A stretch of DNA of 64,000 bases from the human T2T-CHM13v2.0 reference genome, Homo sapiens: assembly GCF_009914755.1 (NCBI RefSeq), contig NC_060926.1, one strand, 5' to 3'. A program made the position numbers and the translations under genes. Below are positions 1-16,667 of the stretch, in pieces. The notes below the pieces were generated by a model. It worked only from the letters and a program-made list of their open reading frames with translations, was not told where the DNA came from and searched no databases. Each line of letters starts with the position of its first letter. Within the stretch, counting starts at the first letter, position 1.

Positions 1-1731
<1,731 letters not shown>

Positions 1732-1835
1732 GTTGTCTGCTGCTCATATCCCTCTGCAAAGAGGCATAGCCATAAAGTCTTTTCTCCACCATTCAAAACT
1801 GACAGATACACATAATCTTCAAATAACTAAGAAAG

Positions 1836-2726
<891 letters not shown>

Positions 2727-3130
2727 AAAGTAATATTTCTTGGTGGACAAAAGTACCAATGACTATACACTATTCTCATTACATTACTTTGTAAAAGGCA
2801 TACTTAATGTTCAAGGGCACAGATGATTCTTTGGATGGCTTAGTCTCAAATATCCTGTTGTTAAGGTTGCAGTATAGATCTGACATCAGGATGGATATTT
2901 TCAGTATTTCTTCAGTAATAATATTCAGTGTTAAAATTTTCCAAGTGTGTACTCTCAATGAGATAGCCCAGACAGGTGGCTAGGGCCATGGGTAAAGAGC
3001 TTTCTGTCTGAGTAAAAATGATATTTCTGAGGTGGTTTGTAATGCCATGATCCACGTGGCATCAAGTTCATGAAAGAATATACACACCTCAGGAGGTACT
3101 CTTCCATATATCTTAAAATAGTATACTTCA

Positions 3131-3535
<405 letters not shown>

Positions 3536-4549
3536 TCAAATGTAAACTATTGAGCATTTTAGGGTCTCATTTTTTCTTTTTTTTTTTTTTTTAACAAGTA
3601 TTAGGGTTAAGTCAGACTATTTATCAGACCTTTCAAATTCTAAACTCTGTAATTTTTCAAAACAGGTAGGTATGGGGGCAGCAGGAGTGTTTAGCTTCTG
3701 GATTAGCCCCCTTATGAGCCTGTAATATCAACAAGACACCAGCTTAGCTGCAGCAGAGTCCAAAAGACTCCCAGGCTGGGTGGTTTTCTTGTAAGTTTTG
3801 GTCACCAATTCTCAAACAAGAAATCACAGAAAAACTATCTCATCATCTTCACAGTTGGGGAGAATTATTGTACTACCTAAATTAGGCCAAGGACTGAGCC
3901 ACAGTGGGGACTGAACTGCCTCTTTAAAAGCTGCAGTCTCTCCAAGTCAGGGTAAAGGGCATCATCAGAAGAAATCCACATCAAGGCTAATGAGGACTTT
4001 ACTGAAAGCAGCCATGGAAATACTTTAGAAAAACTACCTTCCTGCTAGTGCCTGAATTTAAACTCTGCCATTCTCGAACAAAATACTTTACTTGTGTCTC
4101 CTACCTGCCACCAACCCACTAACTTAATTCAGAGGAAAGGAGAATTGGTGCTGGCTGTGTTGTCCCACCCTTCTCTCCCCTTTCACCTTCAGGACAGCAT
4201 GGCAGGACTTAACTGCAGACCAATATTTTCATTAGAAGGAACAAGCTGCCTGTAGATGTTTCCTTAGAACGCCGTTGTGCTCTGAAGAGCTTCTTGCTGA
4301 CCACTGCCTCCATATCAGTGATTCCACCCTCGACCATAAGCTCCATGAGGGTAAGAATCAAGTTCTTGTTTTGTTTTGTTTTTTTACCGTGTGGACTCAG
4401 TGACTAGCACAGGCTGTGACACTTCACTGAAACCTGATTCATGGTTTTTTTTGGGTGAAATAATGGTCTTCTATATGAATTGTCAGGAAGCATTGTGCTA
4501 ATCTAGGTTTTCCACGTGCTATTCTTGATGGGGGGACTATACTCTAGGC

Positions 4550-4774
4550 CAGGGTATAACAAGAATTTTCTGTAAAGAGCTGGATGAAAAATATTTTCAG
4601 CTCTGTGGGTCACATGGTCCCTGTTGCAACTACTTAACCCTGCCATTTTAGTGTGAAAGCAGCCATAAGACAATATCTAAATGAAGGAGTGTCACTGTGT
4701 TCTAATAAAACTTTATTTATAAAACCAGGTGGCAGGCTAGTTTTAGCCCATGGACTAATGGTTACGGTTCCCTG
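4550..4774 (+). mobile_element. MER58A (hAT-Charlie non-autonomous DNA transposon)
   Basis: CAGGG...CCCTG ends; internal TTTTCTGTAAAG, GCAACTACT, GAAAGCAGCCATA, AATAAAACTTTATTT; flanks CTCTAGGC and TTTTAGGT resemble an 8-bp Charlie TSD. Confidence 0.85.
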
Positions 4775-5469
4775 TTTTAGGTATAACAAACGGCATGAAA
4801 ATAACTTGGTTAAAATATGCAAGAATATAGGTATACTCTCATTTCATCACCATTCTGAGGAAGTATTCAGGTCCCATATATGGCTTCCCTCAAGCCAGAC
4901 ATGCAAGACTTTCATATCATAATCAAGATGACAAGATGATCAGTTAATCAGTCAGCCATATACTGATTACTTACGAGTACTCAGTCCCCATGTTTTGTCA
5001 CACTTTTGCAAAAAGTTGTTAGACTCTATATCAAAGTGCTAAGAAACAAATCATGTCTTATGAAAATTTTCATTTCAATTGTGAGAAAAAACAATATTTA
5101 AAAGGAACTGATAAGAAACCAAATTATTAAGAGTCTGTCAAACATGTTTTACAACTGTGAGGTTCAGTTCATAAAATCTCTTTTTTTAAATCAGTTTTTT
5201 TCCTGCCAAAAGAGGTATGAAAAATCTCCAAATGAGTCAAATATTATAATATTCCTGAGTCGGAAATAAAAATAGGTTAAAAAAGTGAAATTTTAAGCTC
5301 ACCTGGATCTTGCAGATTCACTTTAATATCCTAGCAGTTTTCAACTTCCATTCAGGAGGTGACATTACAGCATGACAAGGTGTGTGAAAAGGAGGAGAAA
5401 GAAATAAGAATTTCAAAGGGAAACTCAAGGAGTTCTGTCTCAGAGAGTACTTGCTTCACTTCTTTTGTA

Positions 5470-5795
5470 TTTTTAAATAAGGTTTATGTTTTAGAGCAGT
5501 TGTTTACAGCATAACTGAGCAGCAGATACAGAGATTTCGCTTCCCATATTTCTCCTGCCCTCCAACATGCACAGCCTCCCCCATTGTCAACATCCCCTAC
5601 CTGAGTGGTACATTTATTGCAACTGATGAACCTACATTGACACATTGTTGTCACCAAAAGTCCACAGTTTACATTAGGGTCCACTCTTGGTGTTGTACAT
5701 TCTGTGCATTTGGACAAATATATAATGGTGTATGCACCTTTATAGTATCATAAAAATTAGTTTCACTGCCCTAAAAATCCTACATGCTCTGCTTT
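5470..5795 (-). mobile_element. L1MC-type 3' UTR fragment
   Basis: GCACAGCCTCCCCCATTGTCAACATCCCC...GTTTACATTAGGGTCCACTCTTGGTGTTGTACATTCT matches the antisense L1MC1/2 3' end. Confidence 0.8.
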
Positions 5796-6189
5796 CACTT
5801 CCTCCTTGTTGTCATTGGCAGAGGGAAAAGGGAACTATCAAGGAAAGATAGTGCTCTTACATGTCTTTACTGTTCTAGGTCACCAGATAGAATTAGCAGC
5901 AGTCTGTACTTACTTTGTAAGGAATAATTATGTCTATAAAATAATTAAGAAATGGAGATATTTTATTTGAAATCATCTTCATTTTCTTGGCTGTTACTGA
6001 TAACTTTCTATAAAGCTTCTTTAATGGGTACTCAGAATATGATAAAAAAGAATTAGTGAATAGCTGTGATGTGCATGGAATCATGACATCATTGGTTCCT
6101 CCCTTTGCAAACTACAGCCTGGAAACTTTAACATAATAGTTATTATTTGGAAGGCAGCATATATTCTTGTAAGAGTCAGAATATATATG

Positions 6190-6690
6190 GTGTATTAGGA
6201 AAGATTCTTAGTGTAAGCTATAAACACCAACCCTAGGTAATAAGAACAAATAAATTTATTGGAAGGATATTAGCAGGTTTACAGAGGTCCTGGGTACTTG
6301 AAAAAGGAGGCATGAACCTAGGAGAATCTGGAGAACCAGGAAAGGTAGTGGGGGCATAGCAATGGCCTTGGGGCTGAGCACTCTTGCCAGGATGCCAGTA
6401 TTATCACCATTGTTTCATTGCTTCTGCTACAACCACACAATGAATAACTTCCAGTCCTCTCCATTCTTTCATCACTGAATCAAGATTTAAGCACCAGGAG
6501 TAAGCATCCAATAGCCTAACATTAGGCCATTTGCCCTTGCTCAGATACTGCTAGGAGGAGCAGAGAAACCAAAATCTTGAATTACCCACCTATGAAGACT
6601 ACATATAATGGGAGGCTCAGTGATTCCTCTGAACAATCAAAGTGCTGGTAGGAAGGGGGAAGGTGCAGAGTAGCCAAATAATGGCAAATG
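6190..6690. mobile_element. Possible old MaLR (MLT1-class) LTR
   Basis: TGTATTAG start followed by AATTTATTGGAAGGATATT; highly diverged. Confidence 0.35.
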
Positions 6691-6899
6691 TCCTCTTTAT
6701 TCACATGCCGAAAATACCAGTAGAATTTTGGAAATTATTTCAGTTTATTGACCAAAAACTGCCTCTATTGATCATTTAAAGGTCCATTTCCTCCTACTTT
6801 AACATCCAACCTCAATTCAGCAAATTCACTGAAAAATTTTGAAGAGAGAGTCACTGAGACTCAAAGTTAAGTCAGAAACAATTTTTGTTTATAATAAAT

Positions 6900-7830
6900 T
6901 TTTGGTCTGGTAGGGACAAGAGGAAATTGATACAAGTTATTATAACACAGTGAGTAGTAATTGCTAAATTGATGGATAAGTGATAATAGGATTACCTAAG
7001 AGATAGATAACTATTTCAGTGGGTGGGTCAATGTAGACTTCATAGATGAGGCATTTTGAGATGAATCTCAGAGGAGGCTAATATTTTGACACGTAGAAAT
7101 GGAGCCCAAGAGCATTCCAGTCATGAGCTAAGATAAGAATTTGAGAAAAAGGTACAATACCATTGCAATGCATCATGTGATGAGCTAGCTACTTAAAAAT
7201 ATGCAAGGTGAGGAGCTGTGGGCATCAGCACCATGAGAACTAGGTGGGAGCTGACCACAGTGACTCTGGTAGGGATGAAGCACAACCTTTATACTGTAGG
7301 TGGTCAAAAACAGTGCAAGGTCAATATCAGTGTGTGAGCAGAGTAGGGACCTGATCATCAGTACACTGAAGACAATTTACTGTGGAATAGTGTACAGGAC
7401 GGAATGAGATTGGAGAATTTAAAGGCAGGAAGTCTTTCAAAGAAGACATTGCAAAAACCTAATCTGAGAATGTCTGGTAACTAAACAAAGGCAATGTGAA
7501 CAGAAAAGAGAACATAGATGTGCAAGCCATTGTCAAGAAAGTTAGCTGCACTGAGTGATAGAGAAGGAAGTATATTCTAGTTGAAATGCAGATTTGGAAT
7601 CAGTTTGAATGTAATGTCTGGTTAAAGGTGCTATCTAAGGAACTTGAATTACTGAGGCAAGTCTTCTAAGTTCAGTTTTAGAGATGTTGAGTTTGATATG
7701 CCATAGACATCTAAAAATAGTGATGTCTAATAGGTAGTTGAAAATGTAGATGAGGAGGTAAAAAAAGTGACTGAGACTACTGGTATGGTTAAAGGAGTCG
7801 TATAGGTAACATAAATGATGCAAGATGAAA
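6900..7830 (-). mobile_element. L2 LINE fragments
   Basis: GTTCAGTTTTAGAGATGTTGAGTTTGATATGCC...GATGTCTAATAGGTAGTTG (7670-7740) is typical antisense L2; the purine-rich upstream part is more diverged. Confidence 0.6.
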
Positions 7831-8009
7831 ACACATAACATAGACACATATAAAATTGAGATAATTTTTCTTAAATTCCAAAATAAAAATTGCAAATAGA
7901 ACATTATACTCATGTATTATATTTCATAATTTTTATTTTTGTTGACTTGGAACCACCCTTACAGTGTTGTTTTAATGAACAAAAATGTGACTAAGTTTTG
8001 CATTTTGAA

Positions 8010-9590
8010 TTTCAATATACAAAAAACATTCAACTGTGATATTTTTAAATGGGGCAATGTTCAGTTTTATTCATTTTCATAATTTAAAAACAACGAAAAT
8101 AGGGAATTCTGAATATGGATAGTATTTTGGCATGGTTGTTTTTGCATTTAGCACAACTTTATCTGATACACTTGTAGACTTCTGATTTTTTAATATCATC
8201 ATATTTGTTTTTCAGTTTTGTTGTGCTCCAGCTCATTATCTCTCACTTGCTTCTTCATTCGCAGAGGAAAGCTCACGCAAAATATTAGGTAATTTTTATA
8301 AAATGTAGAGTCAGGTAATATATTTTGAAAGTCAGTTCTTAACTGTACAATTTTGAGAATGTAGTTGAGGCTGTACTTTCATTTCTGAAAACCAATTTTA
8401 GGGCAGAAAGGTGGGCTAGTTATAATTATTATACCTTAGCTAAGATCTTCCCAAAGCCACAGTTTTTCTGCAGATATGTGAATAGAGTCATACATTTTGT
8501 GGAAAGTATATTTGAACACTGATACAAAGAAATATTTAGGATTTAGATTGGCTGTAGTATCAACCAAGAAGATCAAGTCTGATCCAGTTTTGACTGGGGA
8601 ACAGAGGCTGGAAGTTTTCCTTGAGTAACACAGGCAAGTTTCTTTGAATAGTTAAAAACTTCTCTTTAGCCTCATGTCACCACTAAGCCAGCTGTTTTCA
8701 AGTAGTGCAGCCTCTAATTCATCAAGCCAATCACCGTATTGCCTGTGATTCAGACAGTCCATATGGTAATGGCTACCTTGACGATGAGTTTCATTTTTAA
8801 CTTTTAAGATCTCCCTGGTGAGTGATGCATTGGTCAGGCTTATGTTCTGTAACCTAGGAACATGTTGTTACCTTGAATTAAACTTGTATATCACTGACCA
8901 TTACAGAATCACTGGCTGTAGTCTTGACTACTAATTTTGAGTAGTCCAACATGGACATTTTCCTAACACACAAAAGCAAGTCATTTCCTGATGTTATTTC
9001 TAGCATGGGCATCCTGCCCAAAAGTCCTTCGGTCACATCAAAATTCTCTTCGACATCATGAATAAATATAGCTAATTGGGTGGTATTATTTATATCTGTG
9101 CTTTCATCAGCTGCCATAGAATATGCCACAAAAGATTTAACTTTTTCATGCATTGTGTCCTGTAAGTTCTTAGCTAAGTCTACAATACATTGAACTACAG
9201 CATTTCTGGCTAGACATATTTTTGCAATTGATTATTTCTGTTTGATGCACATACTTTCTAATGCATTTTGTAGACAGTTTATAAAAATAAGCTTACCACC
9301 TGAAAAAGGTTTTGAAGTCCCAGGAAACATTCACTTAATACATAATGACGTTGCATGATAGCATTGCTTATTTTATCCACCAAAAATGTTTAGAAATTTC
9401 AGTCCTTTAAAGTTGACTTATTTTTCATCACTCATCATTTCTGTATATTGATAATAGTTCTTACCTTGGGTCATCTCATAATGGTGCATTAGTCGTATTC
9501 TTCTGATACCTTCTTTGCATAATGAACATATTATATTCACATTTTTTAAAAACACATATTCCCCTTGGTTTGTCCCTCTTCACCCCATTT
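8010..9590 (-). pseudogene. Decayed hAT transposase of Charlie8/GTF2IRD2 type (DNA transposon fossil)
   Basis: ORF 8878-9153 (KSFVAYSMAADESTDINNTTQLAIFIHDVEENFDVTEGLL). Manual minus-strand translation gives further collinear motifs: ICSLCK..HHYEMTQGKNYYQYTEMMSDEK, LNH, WLS, NWIR..FLVD, MYDSIH..KLWLWE, KLVFRNES, LNYILKIVQLRTDFQ, HAKILSIF, IMKMNKTEHC. Many stops and frameshifts. Confidence 0.85.
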
Positions 9591-9789
9591 TAGATAGTGA
9601 AATGGGTATCAAGAAAGACTGTTTACTCTAAGAAACCAACAGAACTAGTGGTATAATGATGAATAGCCACTTCATTCTGCCTTCAGTTCTGGCTCAATAG
9701 GGATTAATGGGGACAGTGGTAAACTAGATCGGGAATTCTCACATAAAGGGGATTCCAAGTATATATAATTTATCTAGTTATCATATAGT

Positions 9790-10350
9790 TATTGATTTTT
9801 TGTTTAGTTGCAATTTGGTCAGAGACTGTGGTCTGGATGATACCAGTCCTTTAAAATGTAATGAAACTTGTTATATGTATGGTATCATAATATTAAGGAA
9901 ATTTTTATAAATGTTCCATATGTGCTTCACAATGATGTGTATTCTACAGGCATGGAGTACAGTATTTCATGTAACTTCATACATCAAACTTGCCAGTGTT
10001 GTACAAATTTCCATGTACTTACTGACTCCTGTTTGCTTGACCTATTGGTTTCAGAGTGATATGTTAAAATCTCTTTCAGTGTGAACTTACCTGTTTCTAC
10101 CTGGGGTTATGCAGTTTTTGCTTTATGTCTTATATTTTTATGCTATGGAATTAGGTGCATATATATATTTAGAACTGAGGAATCAATCATTCTATTATAA
10201 CTCCCCTTACTTATTACAATGCTTTTTATTTAATGCTTTCTTTGTCATTAACATACCTATGCTTGTTTGTTTTGCTTAGTATTTGCCAGATAATATCTTT
10301 GACTTTCAATGTTTGTGACTTTATACGTATATTTACTAGATGTATCTCTT
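9790..10350 (-). mobile_element. Old L1M ORF2 (endonuclease region) fragment
   Basis: TTTGGTCAGAGA...ATTTTTATAAATGTTCCATATGTGCTT...GTGTATTCT resembles antisense L1 endonuclease region, as at 50540-50700. Confidence 0.65.
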
Positions 10351-10472
10351 TTATGTTTCATAAGGTTAAATAAATATAAAACCTGGTGCTGTTGCTTCCA
10401 CTAGGGAGTCATGTTGCCGTTTTATAATGATGAATTTGAAATTGCTTTCTCTCTCTCTCATTCTCTCTCTAC

Positions 10473-11350
10473 TTTTTATTTTGAAGTAATTTCAGAGTCA
10501 TGGAAAAGTTGTACAACAGTATAACACCTGCATACCGTCTACTCAGGTTCCACTGTGTTAATATTTGACCGCATTTCCTTTACATTCTCTCTGTGTCTCT
10601 ATCAGTCTGTCTGTCTAGCTTTTTCTATATTTTTGTACCATTTGAAAATGTTTTTTGATATGATATCTCATTATCCTTAAATTGCTCAGTGTATATTTTT
10701 CTAAAAGATACTCTCCTACGTTACCATAGTATATCCATAAAAATCAGAAAATTAACATTGGTAAAATACAACCACCTTACCCTAAAACTCCATTCGCATT
10801 TTTTCTACTATCCTAATGCAGTCATTTATTGAACAAAGCAAACAAAAAAATCAGTCAATCAAACAAAACCTCCTTTTTTATCTCTTTCCTTTCTGGTACA
10901 ACATTCAATCTGGGATCATGCATAGGATTTAGTTGTCAAGTCTTCTTAGCCTCCTTCAGTCTCTTCAGTCTAGAACAATTTATCAATCTATCCTTGTCTT
11001 TCATGACTTAATATTTTTGAAGTGTGGAGGCCGGTTAATTTTATTACCTATTTGTTAAATATTTCCTGATGATTCAATTCACATTATGCAATTTTGGCAG
11101 AAATATCAGACTTGAGATGCTATTTAATATGATGTTATTTGTCTCATTAATGTTAGTGTTAAATTTTAGAAGTTTAAAAGTGGTGTCTGCCAGATTCTTC
11201 ACTGTAAAGTCAATTAAAATTATTTCTCACTTATAAATTATTAATTATTATTATATTTCCTACAGAGATGATTTGAGATTATGAAAATAAACTCTTCCTT
11301 ATCACACTTTTACCCATTGATTTGAACATCCATTATTGATTATTTTTAAT
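10473..11350 (-). mobile_element. L1MC4/5-type 3' end fragment
   Basis: TTTTATTTTGAAGTAATTTCAGA..GAAAAGTTG, TTTAGTTGTCAAGTCTTCTTAG, TTTTGGCAGAAATA and GTGGTGTCTGCCAGATT motifs. Confidence 0.7.
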
Positions 11351-11494
11351 TTATTATTTAATTGCAGAATTATGGGGTAAAATAAAAGTTGAACAATTAG
11401 GATCCAAATGAACTTTTAATTTTTCTCTTTAAAAAATGGATGAGCAAAGAGTCTGCTGTTCTCTAGGGTTTGGCCTCAGTCTGTGGACCGTCTG

Positions 11495-11638
11495 GTTTTG
11501 GAGTCACTTCAGGTTGGGTATTTCTTAACTATGCCCAACCTTGGAGTTACTCAATCAAAATTCCTGGAGGTTGGGAAATAGGAACCTTCCTTTTTAACAG
11601 ATTTCCAGGTGATTCATAAATATAGAGAACTGCTCTAA
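11495..11638. mobile_element. MER5-type hAT fragment
   Basis: ACTCAATCAAAATTCCTGG...TTTTTAACAGATTTCCAGGTGATTC...AGAACTGCTCTA. Confidence 0.55.
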
Positions 11639-13863
11639 TAAGAGTCAAGTGACCTTTGGTTTAAGGATGCCTAACACCTGCAAATTGTGGATAAAGGATA
11701 CAGAAGTTGCTTTTAATGTAATGGGTTATAAATATTACATCAGACACGCCATTGAGACAGGATAGATTTATCCAACTTAGAATGTTCACATTCTGCCCCA
11801 AAATAGATGAATGTGCAGCAAACCATTTAAGCAGAAGGCTCTTCTGCTCTACATAATGCAACAAGTGAAGTGGAAAAAAAATCCCTTTCTCTGTAGTCCT
11901 AAGGTCTCCACACACAGTCTAAATTTTTAATTTTTCTTAGTGAATATTAAAGCAGATAGCAGTTCAGTCCTTTCTACTTTATTCCAAGCCTCCCATCTTC
12001 AGCCCCTTATTTCCTCTGCTTTCCAGTAGCAAACACACTATTATCCATTCAGTTGCTAGGTTCTTTGTCTCTTGAAAGCTTCTGCTGCTGTGAATCATGA
12101 AAGAAAATTCTGTCTTTGTGTATATCACCTTTTTAGTGCTGTTTTACCTTGGAAAATTTATCTGAACCATGGCCTCAGACCTGTTACTTCTGGCCACTTT
12201 TATTATCGTCGCTGGTATGAATTGGCATCCCATGAACTTTTCACAATTATAGTCCTATTTCAAATCTCCCCCAAGTGCCATAACTTTGCCCAAGTGAATT
12301 TATTAAGTGCTCTTTAATCAGCTCAAGCTTAAATCTCATGAGTAAAATGCAGCCTGGGCTCCTTCAGTTAATATTAATGCTTTTCCCCATTCAGACTTTC
12401 CTGTAATTCAACCATAGGGTATTTCATTGCAAGAAAATTAGCTACCAAACATGAGGACTCACAGGTTTTCCTGGCTTTAGGTAGAGTGACATTTTTTGAG
12501 GTCCTATTTATTTAATATGACAGACACATAGAATTATGTTTTCATTTAAAGACTATTCTTTACAATTCTGAATAGAATATTGTCATCTTAAATCAAAACA
12601 TATGAAAGACGGTAGTGTGAAAATCTCCTTAGAATACAAAGATAAGAACTTTAAAGACAGAAAAAATCTTGCCATTTCTAGAGTTTTAACCAAAAAGCAG
12701 GATGATGAAATAAACAGCAAAAGTAAGTTTGGTTTAAAAATTTTTATATTTACCTAAGAGTTCATCACTACATTAACTGGTTTTCTTTTATTGGTTTATC
12801 TATTGTATACCCGAAACTGAAACTTTATATACATGTACCATATGACTTTGACATAGCTGATTTTACAGGTGAAAATGAAAGCTCTGGAAGACTAAGTAAC
12901 TTTCCATAATATTAGAAACCGCCACACTAGTCTAATTCTGAAATCCTGCCTTTTCTTTTCTATCATCCTACTCATTAAGCCTTCCATGATAGCAGGTACA
13001 GAAATATGGTCCTTGGTGATGCCCAATATTGGCATAAATCTCACCCTATTAGGTTAAAGTGACAGAAAATGTAAATGTTCTTAATTTCTAAAAGAAAAAT
13101 GAAAAAAAGAATTATTGTTAGATTTTCCTTTGCATCAAAAACAAAAGAAGATTCTTTGCAAATGAAATATTTCCCACTTCTTGTTTAGGAGATTATGATG
13201 AGAAAATTATATTTCTTAGAAGAATTTGTAAGCTTAAAAACTCCATGTGCCTTGAGTTATGCTGGCAAACCCAAGTGCTTATTGGTTTTCTTCCTATGTT
13301 GATGAACAAGAGCAGTGTTAGAAAAAACAAATAAATAAAGTAGAAAGGTTTTAAATGTTCCATTATTTTGCAGCATTGGCAATTTGTACATTTCGGCACT
13401 ATGTATGACCAGGCGTATGTGAGCCTACAACTTGTGGACCAACATACCTATTCCCTTCTTTCCTCCCTTCCTCCACCCTCCCCTTCCCTCTTCTCTACTT
13501 TCCTCCCATTCACTTTTTTGTCTCTGTCACTCTGCATTATATTTCTAATCTTCTTGCTTGCAACTTAGAAATACCCACTTATATTCATTGTGAATTGTGC
13601 CCATGCCAACTACCCTCACCTCCTTTCAATATGCATAATGTTTAGTCATTTTGCCAGGTTTTGATAAATAAAAAATAATGTTTATAATTTCATCAAAAAT
13701 CTTGTTTTACTTTACAATTTATTAATAAAACCAGCACCTTACCAGATAAACTCCTAAGAAATAATTACCTTTTAATTTGAGGTTTGAAGGATTTTCAAAC
13801 AAAATATGTTTGTGTTATTGAGAAAGAAGCTATAATAAGAAAAAAATTAATTTCCAGTTCATA

Positions 13864-13923
13864 TTTTATCATTGAAAAAGTGGATGGTATAAAATTATAC
13901 CATCCACTTTTTCAATGATAAAA
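13864..13923. repeat. Perfect inverted repeat: 29-bp arms, 2-nt spacer
   Basis: TTTTATCATTGAAAAAGTGGATGGTATAA-AA-TTATACCATCCACTTTTTCAATGATAAAA; the arms are exact reverse complements. Confidence 0.97.
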
Positions 13924-14584
13924 GTAATTCAATATTCTGCTTGAAATTATGGAAAAGCATATTGAATAAAATAAAAATTTCCTGCCATCCCATGAATGAG
14001 AAAAATATACTCTTATCTAAGTTTTACTTCATTTTTCTTTTAGTTAACTCCCAGTCACTCCTTAGAGTTGTCAGCTAAAACAATCAAGTCATTCTTCCTT
14101 ATCCCCCCTCCCTAACCCAATTGGATCTGGTTTCCTGTTAGATAACTTTCTATGCTTCTCATTCATATTTCATAAGCACTGCAGATGTAATGAATTGTTT
14201 ATTATTATCTGTCTCCATCTAAGGCATAGGCTGTGAGTTGTTTAGTTGCAGTGGTCCAGCTCTTAGTAAAATGAACAAACATAAATATGTAAAATTTTGA
14301 ATTATGCTCTATTAGTTCTATAATCTGTTTATAATTTAACATATTACAATCAACTTCCCTTGTTATTAAATATTTTTGAATCTATACATATTTGTTTTAT
14401 TGATCTATATGTATAACTATAGGTAGATTTCCACTTTAGTCAAATATGTTAATTATTTTCAGATGGGTTCTGTCTATATGACAATGCATTAGATATACAC
14501 ATATGTTTACCAACATTTTTCTAATATTTTATGGGGTTGTTTATATTTAAACCTTTAATTCTTCTAGAATTATTTTTTCTTAAA

Positions 14585-14850
14585 CTTCTTGTTATAAAAG
14601 TGTAGAGAATAGTATAATGAACCTTCATGTACATTACAATCCAGATTCACAATTATAAATTTATGGTCAATTCTGTTTCATTTATACCCCTATCCACTTT
14701 ACCCTCAGTTATTTTGAGACAAATCCTAGACGTCATCTTATTCATCTGCAAATATTTCTTTAGGAATCTGTAAAAGATAAAGGCTCTTTAAAATGATATG
14801 ACCACATTACTATTGTCACATCTAAAACAAGCAGTCATTCCTTATAATAT
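14585..14850 (-). mobile_element. L1MC/L1ME-type 3' end fragment
   Basis: GTAGAGAATAGTATAATGAACC...TTATTTTGAGACAAATCCTAGAC motif. Confidence 0.65.
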
Positions 14851-15949
14851 TAATTTTTCTCTTATTGAATGAAGCAGAAATTTCTATCATTTCCTCCTGG
14901 CTTCTTAGCATCTGTCTCATTACCAGTGTATGAATGACGTGTATTTTTCAGTGTAGTTATCTTTCTCTTTACAGAAACTCAGCAGAAGAGACCACCATTC
15001 TTTCTTTCTTTCTGTCCAGCTTGGCATTCATGTGTTTGGCTGTACTAGTTATCTGCCTTCTTCTTGGTCTTCTTTCTGTGGATCCCTGCTGTCTTTCAGC
15101 TGACAGGAGCAGTTTTTACAAACCTGGGGCCTTGGAGCATCTGTTGAGTGCTGTTAATAAGCTGTAACTTACATGCTTTATGCAGTGTTGAGTTGAATTA
15201 TAAGTTGAGCCATGTCCTTCTCTACCACGGTCAACACTCTTTTTGATACATAGCCTTCCAAATTAGGAAGGTTTGGTTCCATTTTCCTTGATATCTTCCT
15301 GCTACACTGCACAGCTTTCTCAGGAAGAGTAAATGCAGATTGTACCTCAGTGATTTTTGTCAATCAGGTATATTTGTACTTTAACATGCATTCTCCAGAG
15401 TTTTCTGTTTGGGCTGCATTTTTCCTTCCCTTTTATATCACATGCATGTTTGTCTCTGTTGTAATATTCTCCTGGTGATTTCAATAGAATCTTGGGATGG
15501 GGGAGCTAAATACCCACAATCACATGGATGTTGCTGGGAAGTCCTGAATGAATTTTCTTGGGGGAAATACCATAAAGATTATTTCTGCAGAGATTAAGGG
15601 CTGGTAATTATCCAATAATTCAAGAAACTTTAAGACTTTACTTATAATGTTAAAAAGTATATTTAGCAACTGAGTAATAGTAGCTAAAATGGCACTTTGA
15701 GATTAGGTAAAAAATTATATTGACAAATGGAATGTCAGCTCTGCTCAACCGAAAATATTGACTTATTTCTCTGCTTTTCTTCTATCCTGTAAAACTTTCA
15801 CTTTTGCCTGGGCTTGAGTTCAAATTCTTTGCAAGTTCAGGCACATCCACATATTCTGGCCTCTGACTCTCCAAAGACCACTGTGACTTGTGAGGAAGAG
15901 AATGCAAATTAGAATTAGAAAAATTTAATTTTATTTCTTATCCTCTCTA

Positions 15950-16442
<493 letters not shown>

Positions 16443-16667
16443 TGATAGTGACTGGCTATCACTGTAAGATTTAAAATTTATATAAAGAATATAAATGTCT
16501 ATTCATCTCTTTTTGTGAGAACCACTTGTCTATTTAATTTCTGAAGTCACTTGCAGTTCTCAAATTCTTAGATTCTATAAACCAGTTATTTTTTAAAGCA
16601 AATGTAAGTATTTTTAGGTTGTTAGTTTCCACAACACTCTGTTATTCTGAGACTTGAACTAGACCAC

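Noticed and set aside
13864-13931. Palindrome as a MADE1/miR-548-type MITE
   Set aside because: Only the flanking AAAAGTAATT resembles the mariner TIR; the arms do not.
14934-15420. Coding exon or processed pseudogene (ORFs 14934-15167 and 15178-15363; acceptor-like TTTACAG at 14973)
   Set aside because: No recognisable protein similarity, no convincing donor, and no polyA or TSD.
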